Shown here: positions 1 through 10,711 of the stretch, piece by piece
How the letters are laid out: every line of letters begins with the position of its first letter
How positions within the stretch are numbered: position 1 is the first letter of the stretch
NCBI GenBank assembly: GCA_013239625.1
Contig: MU053994.1
Location: forward strand, 1,553,775-1,617,774
DNA length: 64,000 nt
Source: Lama guanicoe
Lineage: Eukaryota
Direction: 5' to 3'
Program-made: the position numbers and the translations under genes
Notes under the pieces: generated by a model
Databases searched by the model: none
The model's input: the letters and a program-made list of their open reading frames with translations, nothing else
Told to the model about the DNA's origin: nothing

Positions 1-1175
1 GTTGCATTAATGACAAATGAACGCATAGACCAAGAAGGAAGATAAAGCTTTCCTGGGGTCAAAGGCAGGGCTGAAAAAGAGATGGACACAATCATAGCCT
101 TCACTTTCTGGCGGAAGACCCACCGCGACGTCCTGTGGTCCTGAGTTACACCACACTCTCCTGCACACGCTGAGTCCCACAGCTGCCTTCCTAGTTACCG
201 TGTCCCTATGGCCAGGGCCGCTTCCTGTGTTCGATTTAGATCTATCAATAGAACACACTCGGAGAGCTCCACTTTGTGCTTCCTTCTTCCCTCGGCGCTA
301 ACGACACGAATGTCCTTATTACAGCCACACACAAGGCCCCGATCTCCCGCTCTCTCTGCCAGATTCATTCTGGGCTGTAGGAACCGGTTATCTATGTGGG
401 TCTTTTTTTTTTGCCAAAAAGCAGAGATTATACTTGTCTCCACTCTCTCCCAATCCTGACTTTAGATCAGCGGAGTTTGAGCCTCCCTTTTGATCTATGC
501 ACTTCCATGTCCTTTTTCCTTATTCTTCCATAGGACATTTCTTCCTATCTCTCTCTCTCTCAGATTGCAACCCCCTTATCCCTTATCACATGTTTTAAGG
601 AACAAGGAACCAAGGACAGGGAGATGCTACTAAATGGGATCAGGATGAGGCTGCCTCTGTGTCCCCGGGTCTCTAGATGATGCTAAGGACAGGAGAGAGC
701 CGTGTTTGCATTGTCTGTCTGTTGGGAGAAGCACCATCTGTGTGTGGGGAGAGCGCGTGAACTGGGAGCCTGCCAAATGGGATGAAGGGAGGGGAGGGCG
801 CAGGGTGTACCATCTCAAACCCCATAGCTTCTGCCCCTGGGCCAGCTGATGAGCCCAGAGCTCCCGGCCGCGCGGCTGCCTGGGCTGGCTGTGTGCATTC
901 ATGCTGAAGCATCGCCTTTTTCTCCTTGAGTGCCTGCCATTCAAAACCACCAGGATATTAAAGACACATATACACACATTGGTGTTTCCAGCTGTGCCAG
1001 AGCCTGGAGCACATGAGCTCCCAGAAGCCAACCTCCACTGGCTCAGACCAGGGTGGACTGAGGGCTGTGAAGGAGCTGGGGGTAGAACTGAAGGAAGCAG
1101 CTGATAGCCAAGGAGTCAGTGTGTACAAGCTTCCTAGTGGCTCAGCCTCTCCAGCTCTGGAAGAGGACTTACACT

Positions 1176-1262
1176 CTTCACTTGTCTTACACAATCTCTA
1201 GGTCCATCCATGTCGCTGCAAATGGCATTACTTTATTCTTTTTTATGGCTAAATAGTATTCT

Positions 1263-1297
<35 letters not shown>

Positions 1298-1727
1298 CAT
1301 CTTCTTTATCCAGTCATCTGTCGATGGACATTTAGGTTGCTTCCATTTCTTGGCTATTGTAAATAGTGCTGCTGTGAACATTGGGGTGCACGTATCTTTT
1401 CAAATTCGAATTCTCTCTGGATATATGTCCAGGAGTGGGATTGCTAGATCATAGGGTGAGCCTATTTTCAGTTTTTTGAGGAATCTCCATACTGTTTTCC
1501 ACAGTGGCTGCACCAAACTACATTCCCACAAACAGCGTAGGAGGGTTCCCTTTTCTCCACAGCCTCTCCAGCATTTGTCATTTGTGGACTTTTGAATGAT
1601 GGCCACTCTGACTGGTGTGAGGTGATACCTCATTGTAGTTTTGATTTGCATTTTCCTGATAATTAGTGATACTGAGCATTTTTTTTCATGTGCCTATTGG
1701 TCATTTATATGTCTTCATCGGAGAAAT
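1176..1727 (-). mobile_element. L1 fragment (ORF2 C-terminal region), truncated at both ends
   Basis: Minus-strand ORFs 1400-1651 ([19 protein letters not shown]...[12 protein letters not shown]) and 1187-1381 (MFTAALFTIAKKWKQPKCPSTDDWIKK) are typical L1 ORF2p C-terminal peptides; no poly(A) tail is seen. Confidence 0.95.
1264..1295. repeat. (GT)16 microsatellite inside the L1
   Basis: Perfect dinucleotide run read directly. Confidence 0.97.
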
Positions 1728-1837
1728 TCAACCAAATGCATTTTGCAACATAAGGTTATGATGTCAAATGACTGCCATGATTCATGAAGGAAGACTTCTG
1801 TATGAGCTCTCATCAAACACTATTACCCCTTGATCTC

Positions 1838-2186
1838 TGAAACTGAAACCAAATAGGTACTTCAAATAGAGGGGATTTAAAACAGGGCACTGGTTACCCT
1901 GGTATTGGAAGGCTGAAAGAGACAAAAGAAGGTAAAACAACTGAAAGATTAGAAACTGCAGGAAGCAGCTACCACCCGTAAAGCTTGCAGGATAAAACAG
2001 AAGCGGTTACCAGCCCCTACAGGTGAGAAAGAGGTACCAGCACCTCAGGACCTGAGACCACAGAGGAGTGGGCATGGCTACTCCCAGAGACCCCTCATAG
2101 CAGAAGGAAACAAAAGGGGAAACCGAGAGAGGCAGGCAATGCTGCTTCCCACTTCCCGCCTTCTGGTCTCCTACCAGTGCCTCCCT
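1838..2186 (-). mobile_element. old MaLR/ERVL-type LTR fragment (MLT1M/N-like)
   Basis: Motifs 'ggtacttcaaatagaggggatttaaaacaggg..ctggttac' and 'ggtctcctaccagtgcctccc' recalled from this LTR group. Confidence 0.55.
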
Positions 2187-2814
2187 GTTTCCTTTGGGCA
2201 GTTTTGGGGGTCTTATGTGCTCTTGTTAAGTAGTCTTCCTTCTTTCCAGGAAAATGTTTTCCTTTTCCTCTTCTTGCAGTAACCTATCCCTCACCTCCCA
2301 TCTGCAGAGTCCACCCTCCCCCTGAACCTGTGCTTCTGCTGACACACACGTGATTTTGGTCCAAAGCCTCAGAGTCAGAATTTGTTTTTCCAGTATGGCA
2401 GCCACTTGTCACACAGAGCCATTCCAGAGCGAAGCTTCTAGCCCGTGTTTTTTGATCTTAAGGCAAAATGAATATTCTGGTTTATGCCAATGGGTAGTTG
2501 AAGGAATTGTTCGCTCCTATGCTTTATAGAATTCAAGGCTGATATTCTCAGATTCAAGGTCAGAATGAAGAGGCACTGCTGGCTTCTCAAAAACCCAACC
2601 ATCCTCATTTGTTGCTTAACAGAGAATATACCAGATATTTTTCCTATCCATCTCAATTCAGGACAATTCAAGTGTTTGGTGCCAACTGTACAGACAATAT
2701 GTTCTAGATACTACAAAGGAGGAAGCCCCAGCCTTCCAGGAATGCTCAGTCAGCTTGCACAGGAACTACTGATTAATCAGAATAATAATATATACTAAGA
2801 TTGATACAATACCT

Positions 2815-3010
2815 TGAAGTTTTCCATGCATAAAATTATTCTCATTTTCTCACAATCACCCTGTGAAATAGGCAGTGTCATCACTTTACAAAGAGGAAAC
2901 TGAAGTTCAGAGAGGTTAGATGACTTGCCCAAAGTCACACAGCAGATAAATTCCAGAGGCTAGATTTAAATGTAGGTCAGAGTCCAAAGGTGAGCTCCTT
3001 GTACTCTGCC
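2815..3010 (-). mobile_element. MIR SINE
   Basis: Reverse-complement MIR core: 'gaggaaactgaagttcagagaggttagatgacttgcccaaagtcacacagc'. Confidence 0.9.
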
Positions 3011-3207
3011 CATGGCACATGAATAAGCATCTAAATAAATATGGGAAGAGCGAGGGCCCACAGACAGCCAGAAGTGGAAGAGATCAGTGCAGAATGAAGT
3101 CCACGGGAACAACTCTGGAATGATAAGATCGGGCTTCCCGCCAAAGATAGATGGGAATTGGAAAGCGAGAGAGTAGAGAACAGGCATTGCAGTGAGAAAT
3201 CTGCATT

Positions 3208-3350
3208 TGAGAACTGGAAGGGAGGGTCCTCAGACATCATACAGCTATTTACCCCATGACAGAATGGAAACCCACTGCATTTAAGAGATCTGTGCAAGGA
3301 CCTCCAACTGGTCAAAGGCAGAACTTAGATTAGATCTCAAGGTTCCTGAC
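3208..3350 (-). mobile_element. degenerate MIR/MIR3
   Basis: 'gaactggaaggg...ggcagaacttagattagatctcaaggttcctgac' resembles MIR3 antisense. Confidence 0.5.
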
Positions 3351-3994
3351 CACAGATCATTTTCTGTTGTTGGGTAGTAAGTAGACTAGAACCAAGTTTC
3401 CAAGAAAGTATTAAGATCATCATCTCTTTTCTGGGCTTTCCAGGATTCACGTCCGCAGAATGGTCCTGTTCCATCCCACAATGCTGTTCATGACACTGGG
3501 AGTACTTATCTCCCTCTCGTGCAGCATGGGCTTTGGACACGATCCAACCCAGGTTTGGATCTTACACTAGCTATTCGCTGGTGTCCACTTCCACTGGTGG
3601 CACTCCTGGCAGCTGGGCAACAAGTCCGTGATGAGGGATTAAGATGGCTTGTCTGTGCATCTGCCGAACTGTGTGTGTGTGTGTGTGGTTTGTATGTGTG
3701 TGCTCTCTGCCCTTGAAGTTGGACTTGGGTTCTGTCACTGAATTGCCACGAGAGCCATTGGCCCTCCAACCTCACTTTCGGTGCCAGTCTGAAGAGGGTC
3801 TGGATGGCAGAGCAGCTGTGAACACCAAGCCTGCTTGCAGAGGAGCCGCCAGACGGAGGCCCAGAGCCACCCGTTGGCAGCTGGCAGGGCAGGGATTCTA
3901 GTCGAGGCCTGAGAGCCAACTGTGCAGGGCAGCCAAGTGTAGATGCAGGGACGTGAGAAGACATCTTGCCAGAGAGCGACTCAGACATGTGAAA

Positions 3995-4246
3995 CCCTGA
4001 GAAGACAGAGAGAAGAAGCAAGAAACACAGGCACACACACACACACACACACAGTGAGACACAGAGAGAAACATAGGCAGAGACAGAGTCACATAGAGAA
4101 AGGGAGTGAGATTGCACGAGTCAGAAAGGATCAAAGAGAGAGACAGAGGCAGAGGATGCAGAGAAAGAGACCTAAAACCAGGCCAAGAGAGATACAGAGA
4201 AATCAAGTAGAGAGACACAGAACAGAGACAGTAGTGACAAAGAGAG
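3995..4246. repeat. GA/CA-rich low-complexity tract with a (CA)n run
   Basis: Degenerate gagacagaga units; (CA)n at ~4033-4052. Confidence 0.85.
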
Positions 4247-4590
4247 GGGGACCTCAGCTTCTTCCTCCCTCTCAGATGAGGGAGGTTGTGGGACCAGGTG
4301 ATGGCTTAGCTCCCTCCCAGCTCTCATTCCATACATTTTTAATTCAAACATTTGGCAAGTTTCCTCTCCTCCATATCTTGATGCTGTAGCATGAGAAAAA
4401 TGTTCCCATGTAGTCGCTGACTGGGAATTTGAGAGAAAGAATAGAACCTCTGGGTTAAGGAGTCATGACACGTTGGAACCAAATGGACCTTGGAGATCCT
4501 AGTGCCACTGGACTCCTTAGTGTTAAACATGACAAAGCCAGGAAGAACTAAACTGGCCTGCCTTTTTTTTCTTATTTAAAAGAGATGATT

Positions 4591-4918
4591 GGGAGTGTAA
4601 TTTGGTGCAGTCATTGTGGAAAACAGTATAGGAATTCCTCAAAAAACTAAAAATAGACTTACCCTATGATCTAGCAATCCCACTCCTATGCATATATCTG
4701 TAGGGAACTCTAAGTTTAAAAGATACATGCACCCCAATGTTCATAGCAGCACTATACACAATAGCCAAGACATGGAATCAACCTAAATGTCCATCAACAG
4801 ATGACTGGATAAAGAAGATGTGAGATATATATATCTGCCATATATACATTTATCTAAGTCACTTTGCCATAAATCTGAAACATTGTAAATCAACTATATA
4901 TACCTCAATAAAAAATAA
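4591..4918 (+). mobile_element. 5'-truncated, internally deleted L1 with TSD
   Basis: ORF2-end sequence is joined to the extreme 3' UTR and A-rich tail; TSD (t)aaaagagatgatt at 4577-4590 and 4919-4932. Confidence 0.92.
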
Positions 4919-5002
4919 TAAAAGAGATGATTAGACAACAGTTGCTAAAAAGTGATTTGAATTATAAGATATGTAGTGTTGTGTTTTTAAAAAGTTAGTT
5001 TT

Positions 5003-6538
5003 GTCTGAAGTCTGGGAGGGTTATTTCTCCAGACAATACTACAAAGCTACAGTAATCAAAACAGCATGGTATTGGTATAAAAACAGACATATGGACCAAT
5101 GGAACAGAATAGAGAGCCCAGAAATGAACCCACAAACTTTTGGTCAACTAATCCTCGACAAAGGAGGCAAGAACATACAATGGAATAAAGACAGTCTCTT
5201 CAGCAAATGGTGTAACAAAACTGGAGCATGTAAATCAATGAAGCTAGAACACTCCCTTACACCATACACAAAAATAAACTCTAAATGGATCAAAGACTTA
5301 AACATAAGACAAGATACAATAGACCTCCTAGAAGAAAACAAGCAAAACATTATCTGACACACATCTCAGCAATGTTCTCCTAGAGCAGTCTACTGAAGCA
5401 ATGGGAATAAAAGCAAGAATAAACAAATGGGACCTAAGTAAACTTACAAGCTTCTGCACAACAAAGGAAACCCTAAGTAAAACAAAAAGACAACCTACGG
5501 AATGGGAAAAAATTTTTGCAAATGAAACTGACAAGTGCTTGATCTCCAGAATATATAAGCAGCTCATATGACTCAGTAAGAAAAAATAAACAACCCAATC
5601 CAAAAATGGGCAGAAGACCTAAACACGCAATTCTCCAAGGAAGACATACAAATGGTCAATAGGCACATGAAAAAATGCTCAATATCACTAATTATCAGAG
5701 AAATGCAAATCAAAACTACAATGAGGTATCACCTCACACCAGTCAGAATGGCTATCATTCAAAAGTCCATAAATGACAAATGCTGGAGAGGCTGTGGAGA
5801 AAAGAGAACCCTCCTACACTGCTGGTGGGAATGCAGTTTGGTGCAGCCACTGTGAAAAACAGTATGGAATTTCCTCAAAAGACTAGGAATAGACTTACCA
5901 TATGACCCAGGAATCCCACTCCTGGGCATAAATCCAGAAGGAACCCTACTTCAGGATGACACCTGCACCGCAATGTTCATAGCAGCACTATTTACAGTAG
6001 CCAAGACATGGAAACAGCCTAAATGTCCATCAACGGATGACTGGATAAAGAAGAGATGGTATATTTATACAATGGAATACTACTCAGCCATAAAAACCGA
6101 CAACATAACGCCATTTGCAGCAACATGGATGCTCCTGGAGAATGTCATTCTAAGTGAAGTAAGCCAGAAAGAGAAAGAAAAATACCATATGAGATCGCTC
6201 GTATGTGGAATCTAAAAAAAAAAAACAAAACAGAAATACAAAACAGAAACAGACTCATAGACATAGAATACAAACTTGTGGTTGCCAAGGGGGCAGGGGG
6301 TGAGAAGGGATAGACTGGGATTTCAAAATTTGTAGATACTGACAGGTATATACAGAATAGATAAACAAGATTATACTGTATAGCACAGGGAAATATATAC
6401 AAGATCTTGTGGTAGCTCACGGTAAAAAAGAATGTGCAATGAATATATGAATGTTCATGTATAACTGAAAAATTGTGCTCTGCGCTGGAAATTGATATAT
6501 TGTAAACTGACTATAACTTAATAAAATAAACTTTTAGA
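5003..6538 (+). mobile_element. 5'-truncated L1 with a short 5' inversion and TSD
   Basis: TSD aaaaagttagtttt at 4989-5002 and 6539-6552; ORF2 3' part, 3' UTR and A-rich tail are present; 5003-5030 is antisense L1 sequence. Confidence 0.96.
5031..6215 (+). pseudogene. disrupted L1 ORF2p C-terminal remnant
   Basis: Pieces [50 protein letters not shown] and MFIAALFTVAKTWKQPKCPS are separated by stops or frameshifts; the last piece stops at 6215. Confidence 0.9.
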
Positions 6539-6552
6539 AAAAAGTTAGTTTT

Positions 6553-7047
6553 AGTTACCATCTTCTCCTCCCCCAACATAGGGCCTTCCTGTGGAGTCCC
6601 CTCCCATACTGACTTGGGGACTGGCTATGTGACTGGCTTTGGCCAATGGGACACTGTAAGCATGAAGCAAGCAAAAGCTTAATAACTGCTCACCCATCGG
6701 GGCTTGCCTTCTTCTATGTTCCCTCTGTGAACCTAGCTGCCATGCTGGGAGAAGCCCAAACCATCTGGAGAGGCCACATGAAGGAGAACCGAGGCTCTGG
6801 ACTGCAGCCCCGGCTGAGCTCCCTGCTGGCACGAGTACCAACTTGCCAGCCGTGTGAGTGAGCCATCTTGAAAGTGGATCTTCCAGCCCTAGTTGAGCCA
6901 CCCCCATTGATGCCACATGAAGTGGAGATGAGTCTCCCCCACCCAGCTCTGCTCAAGTGGCAGAATCGTGACCAGGGAGGGACTGCTGTTGTTTTAAGCA
7001 GCTGATGACTAGGGTGGTTGGTTAGCCAGCAACAGATAGCTGAAACA
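6553..7047 (+). mobile_element. MaLR LTR (MLT1F/G/H-like)
   Basis: 'atgtgactggctttggccaatggga', 'tgagtgagccatcttg', and a 3' end 'tgttgttttaagc...gatagctgaaaca'. Confidence 0.85.
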
Positions 7048-7934
7048 CCTCATTCATGCTCAGAAGAGTCTGGTCCTGCTCCCTGGGGCTGACAGAATTC
7101 TTAGCAGGGTCTCCATACTGCCTTACAGGGTTTGTTTCAGTGATTCAGTTGGGTGCCTTCAATCCAGTCCAGATAGGGCACAGGAACTATTAAATGACTT
7201 TCAAATTCCACCTTTGCAGTGATGTGTGGGTTGGTTGTCTGTGTATGTGTCCTTTTGAATATAAGTTTGTTTTCTCTCCCAAGATAAATGGCTATTTGCA
7301 TAGACAAATAAGGACGGTTGAGATAGAAAGAGCTGATTTAGGAAAAGGTTCTATAGTTTGCTTGCTTATCAGGTGCTTATGGGGTCTGAATGCATCAAGG
7401 TCCCAAACCTAAAGGTTAATGTTTTGACACTAAGAATCCATCAGTCAAAGGGTGAGGATGGAGGGACAGTTTGAATTCATTATTAGTCTGACTCTTAATT
7501 TGAATCAATGAAAAGGCCAGCATGATGGAGGTGTTTGAACTGAATAATAATTAGCAAGGCTGACATGTGCCTGTAGGAGAGAGAAGAGGACAGAGTCTAC
7601 TGGCAGAGGATGGGCTTAGGGAGGCAGGCCTGGCGCAGGACAGGAAAGAGAAGCAAGAGTCATAACCAGAAATCTCCAACCTTGGCTGGAGTCATCAGGG
7701 GAAGTGGGAGGAGAGAAGGTCCAAGGAACAGGGCGGGGTGAGCTGGCGCTCTGTGGGTCTGGGCCGTAGGAGAATGCAGTCTCTGGAGCATCCTCAGTGT
7801 TGCTGAACAAACATAGCTTCTGTTGGAAGCCACTTGGCTTCTGAATGTGCCAATTGTTGCCCTTTGAGTAATGGGCCAAGTTGTGGATGTTTCCTCTTAT
7901 CAAGATACAGCCTCATTGCGGGACCCCAAATGTC

Positions 7935-8075
7935 CCATTGGACCTTAGATCCCACCTGTCCTGATGAGCCACTTTAGTTTGCAGATGGGTGAACTGAAGC
8001 TCAGGGACTAGAGGGGCCTTGGTCAAAGTCACACACCTGGCGAGGGACTGGACACTTAGGTCTTCTAACTCCTCC
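7935..8075 (-). mobile_element. MIR fragment
   Basis: 'cagatgggtgaactgaagctcaggg...ggtcaaagtcacacac'. Confidence 0.7.
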
Positions 8076-8609
8076 CCTCAGGTGTCCTTCCCCCAGGCAT
8101 CAGTGTTTGAAAGCTCCATGTAAATTAATTTTCGTGTATTTTGATGTATTTTCACCCTCTGACTGGGAGCAGGGCACCAAGCCGTTAGGCGCTTCCGCGG
8201 AGGGAAGGAGACAGGATGGTTTGAGAGAGATGGATGTTGGTCACCTGGTTAAGATGGGACTCAGCAATACCTGGAAGGGGTAACTGGTTAATTGCTGGAA
8301 TTTGCAAAAACCCAGTTTCTTTCGCTCCAAAATTGCTTGTTTAAAATTCCACTGGAAAGTAATTTCTTTGGAGTAAACATTTCTATCTTCCCATGGTCCT
8401 TTAAAAAATATAAACGCCCCTGAAAGAGATAGAATAAAGTAATTCACATCTTAGTATGAACTAACATCATTAAGCCATCTACTCATCTCACAGATAAGAA
8501 TCCAGCACTTTCTTTGCTCCAGACCCCGGGACCCCAAAGTGGAGTCCTTGTCTGGAGAAGCTTACCTGATCATTGGAGAGACACACATATGAAGGCCATA
8601 TGAAAACTG

Positions 8610-8800
8610 CCCTTTGTTGAGCATCTGCTCTGTTCCAGGCCCTACATAAAGAACCCAGTTTGAACCAAGCCCATCCCCCTTCACGGTGTTATCTCCAGGT
8701 AGAGAAGTTTGGTACCCTTACAAGGTTACATACCTAGTGAGTGCTGAAGCTGGAATTTGGACTCAGATCTGTCTGATTGCCAAGGCTGTTTTCCATCACC
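8610..8800 (-). mobile_element. MIR fragment
   Basis: 'ttgagcatctgctctgttccaggc' and 'aaggttacatacctagtgagtgctgaagctggaatttggactcagatctgtctga'. Confidence 0.7.
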
Positions 8801-8934
8801 TCATACAAAGGCTCGTGCCTCTCTGAGACATACACCGGATATGATGGGAGGAGAGTGAAAGTAGCAGGTTTAATTGCTTGGATTTCAAGGACATCTGGGC
8901 AGGTAAGGGGTGAGGGGGAAGTAAGAGGGTACCA

Positions 8935-9190
8935 GGCAGTGTTCATGGAAGGGCGTTATAGACAGAGGGAAGAGCTTGGGCAAAGGCATAGAAGGATGAA
9001 AGGATTGTCTGCTTTCAGGAAACGACAAGTAGTTCATCACGACTGAAGCCAAGGGTGTGAGGGCAATCTGCCCAGGAAACTAAGCTAGGCAGGCAGGGCC
9101 AGCTCTCCCAGGGTGCTGCTAACAAAATCTGGATTTTATCCTGGGCTTGTGGGAAATCTTTGGCAAATGTTAAGCAGAAGAGTGTTTGAA
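8935..9190 (-). mobile_element. L2 fragment
   Basis: 'agacagagggaagagcttgggcaaaggcatag' and 'ggattttatcctggg...ttaagcagaagagtg' are typical L2 antisense motifs. Confidence 0.7.
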
Positions 9191-9350
9191 AAGACATAGC
9201 TTTAAAGTCCAGGACTCCTAGAGCAAAATGCTTAAGAATGCAGGCCCAGGTAGCAGATCTGGGATCCATCCTGTTTCATAACTATATAAGTAGTTGTTTC
9301 ATTGCTCTCTTTCCCCCTGGAATCTAAGCTCTCTGAGGTCAGCCCATGTC

Positions 9351-9921
9351 TTTTTTTTTTTAATTGAAGTATAGTCAGTTTACAATGTTGTGTCAATTTC
9401 TGGTATACAGCATAATGTTTCGGTCACACATATACATACATATATTCCTTTTCATATTCTTTTTCATTATAGGTTACTACAAGATATTGAACATAGTTCC
9501 CTGTGCTATACAGTAGAAACTTGTTGTTTATTTATTTTATATGTAGTAGTTAGTATCTGCAAATCTTGAACTACTATTTTATCCCTCCCCCAGGGGTAAC
9601 CCTGAGTTTGTTTTCTTTATCTGTGAGCTTATTTCTGTTTTGTAAATAAGTTCATTTGTGTCTCTTTTTTTTAAGATTCCACATACAAGTGGTATCATAT
9701 GGTATTTTTCTTTCTCTTTCTGGCTTAACTTCACTTAGTATGACGATCTCCAGATCCATCCTGCAATGGATACATCCTGCTGCAAATGGCCTTATTTTAT
9801 TCTTTTTTATGGCTGAGTAGTATTCTGTATAAATATACCACAGCTTCTTTATCCAGTCCTTTGTCGATGGACATTTAGGTTGTTTCCATGTCTTGACTAT
9901 TGTAAATAGTGCTGCTAATCA
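9351..9921 (-). mobile_element. 5'-truncated L1 (3' UTR plus ORF2 end) inserted in L2
   Basis: Poly(T) at 9351-9361; homologous to the reverse complement of ~5985-6520; TSD ccatgtctt at 9344-9352 and 9922-9930. Confidence 0.93.
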
Positions 9922-9985
9922 CCATGTCTTCTTGATCATTGCTGTGACCATGGAATCTGGAAGTCTCTGGCATACAGTAGATGCT

Positions 9986-10453
9986 TGTGGGACACTATTG
10001 GTTGCTCTTCGAAATCCATTCTTCCTTTCCTCCATGGACACATAGTCACCCAGGTAGGATTGACATTTCCTCCATTGCAGCTGGATATGGCCATGCAATT
10101 AAATCATCCCCATTGGAATGAAAATGGAAGATGTGTGTTTAACTTTGCCTCGTTTGCTTTAAAAAGTGCTTGCCCTGAAATTCCCCTTTCACCTTCCCAC
10201 AAGCTGGATCACAGATTGCCCTTGACCAGGCTTTGACCTTACAGATGAGAGCAACACCCTATTGTGTGGAGGACCACAAGAGCAAAGGTTCTTGGGTTCC
10301 TGAAGAACCACATAGAACTGAGCTTCCCCGCAAATCTGGACCACTGACCTCAGAGCTGTTACACGAGAGACAAATGAATTGCTCTATTGTGTAAGCCACT
10401 GCACTAGGGGTCCTTTTCCTTGTAGCATCTGAGCCCATACCTGAACTAATACA
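9986..10453 (+). mobile_element. MaLR solo LTR (MLT1I/J-like) with 5-bp TSD
   Basis: TG...CA termini, 3' 'taagccactg...ctaataca', and perfect TSD atgct at 9981-9985 and 10454-10458. Confidence 0.9.
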
Positions 10454-10491
10454 ATGCTCAATAAATATTTGTTGTGTGAATGAATGAAATA

Positions 10492-10711
10492 CAGTTGCCC
10501 ATGAACAACATGGGAATTAGGGGCCCTGAGCCCACATGCAGGCAAAAATCTGCCTGTAACTTTACAGTCAGCCTTCTGTATCCACGGTTCCACATCCACA
10601 GACTCAACCAACCGCAGATAGTGTAGGACTGTAGTAGGCATTTTTGAGGAAAAAAATCCACATATAAATGGACCTGTGCAGTTCAAACCCATGTTGTTCA
10701 AGGGTCAACTG
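10492..10711. mobile_element. TcMar-Tigger MITE (Tigger2/MER8-like)
   Basis: TIRs cagttgcccatgaacaacatggg / cccatgttgttcaagggtcaactg; TA dinucleotide on both flanks. Confidence 0.92.

Larger units (their letters stand above)
9290..10488 (+). mobile_element. L2 3' end split into three pieces (9290-9350, 9922-9985, 10454-10488)
   Basis: Removing the two inserts restores 'taagctctctgaggtcagcccatgtctt...ctggcatacagtagatgctcaataaatatttgttgtgtgaatgaatgaa', the canonical L2 terminus. Confidence 0.85.

Noticed and set aside
3506..4389. Long ORFs 3506-4117 (-) and 3943-4389 (+)
   Set aside because: They stay open because of GA/CA low-complexity sequence, as the SLCVSLCV and RQRQR compositions show.
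4972..4988. 5' end of the MLT1 LTR displaced upstream by the L1
   Set aside because: A tgtagtg start is plausible, but the flanks (agata/cctca) give no TSD, so it is unsupported.
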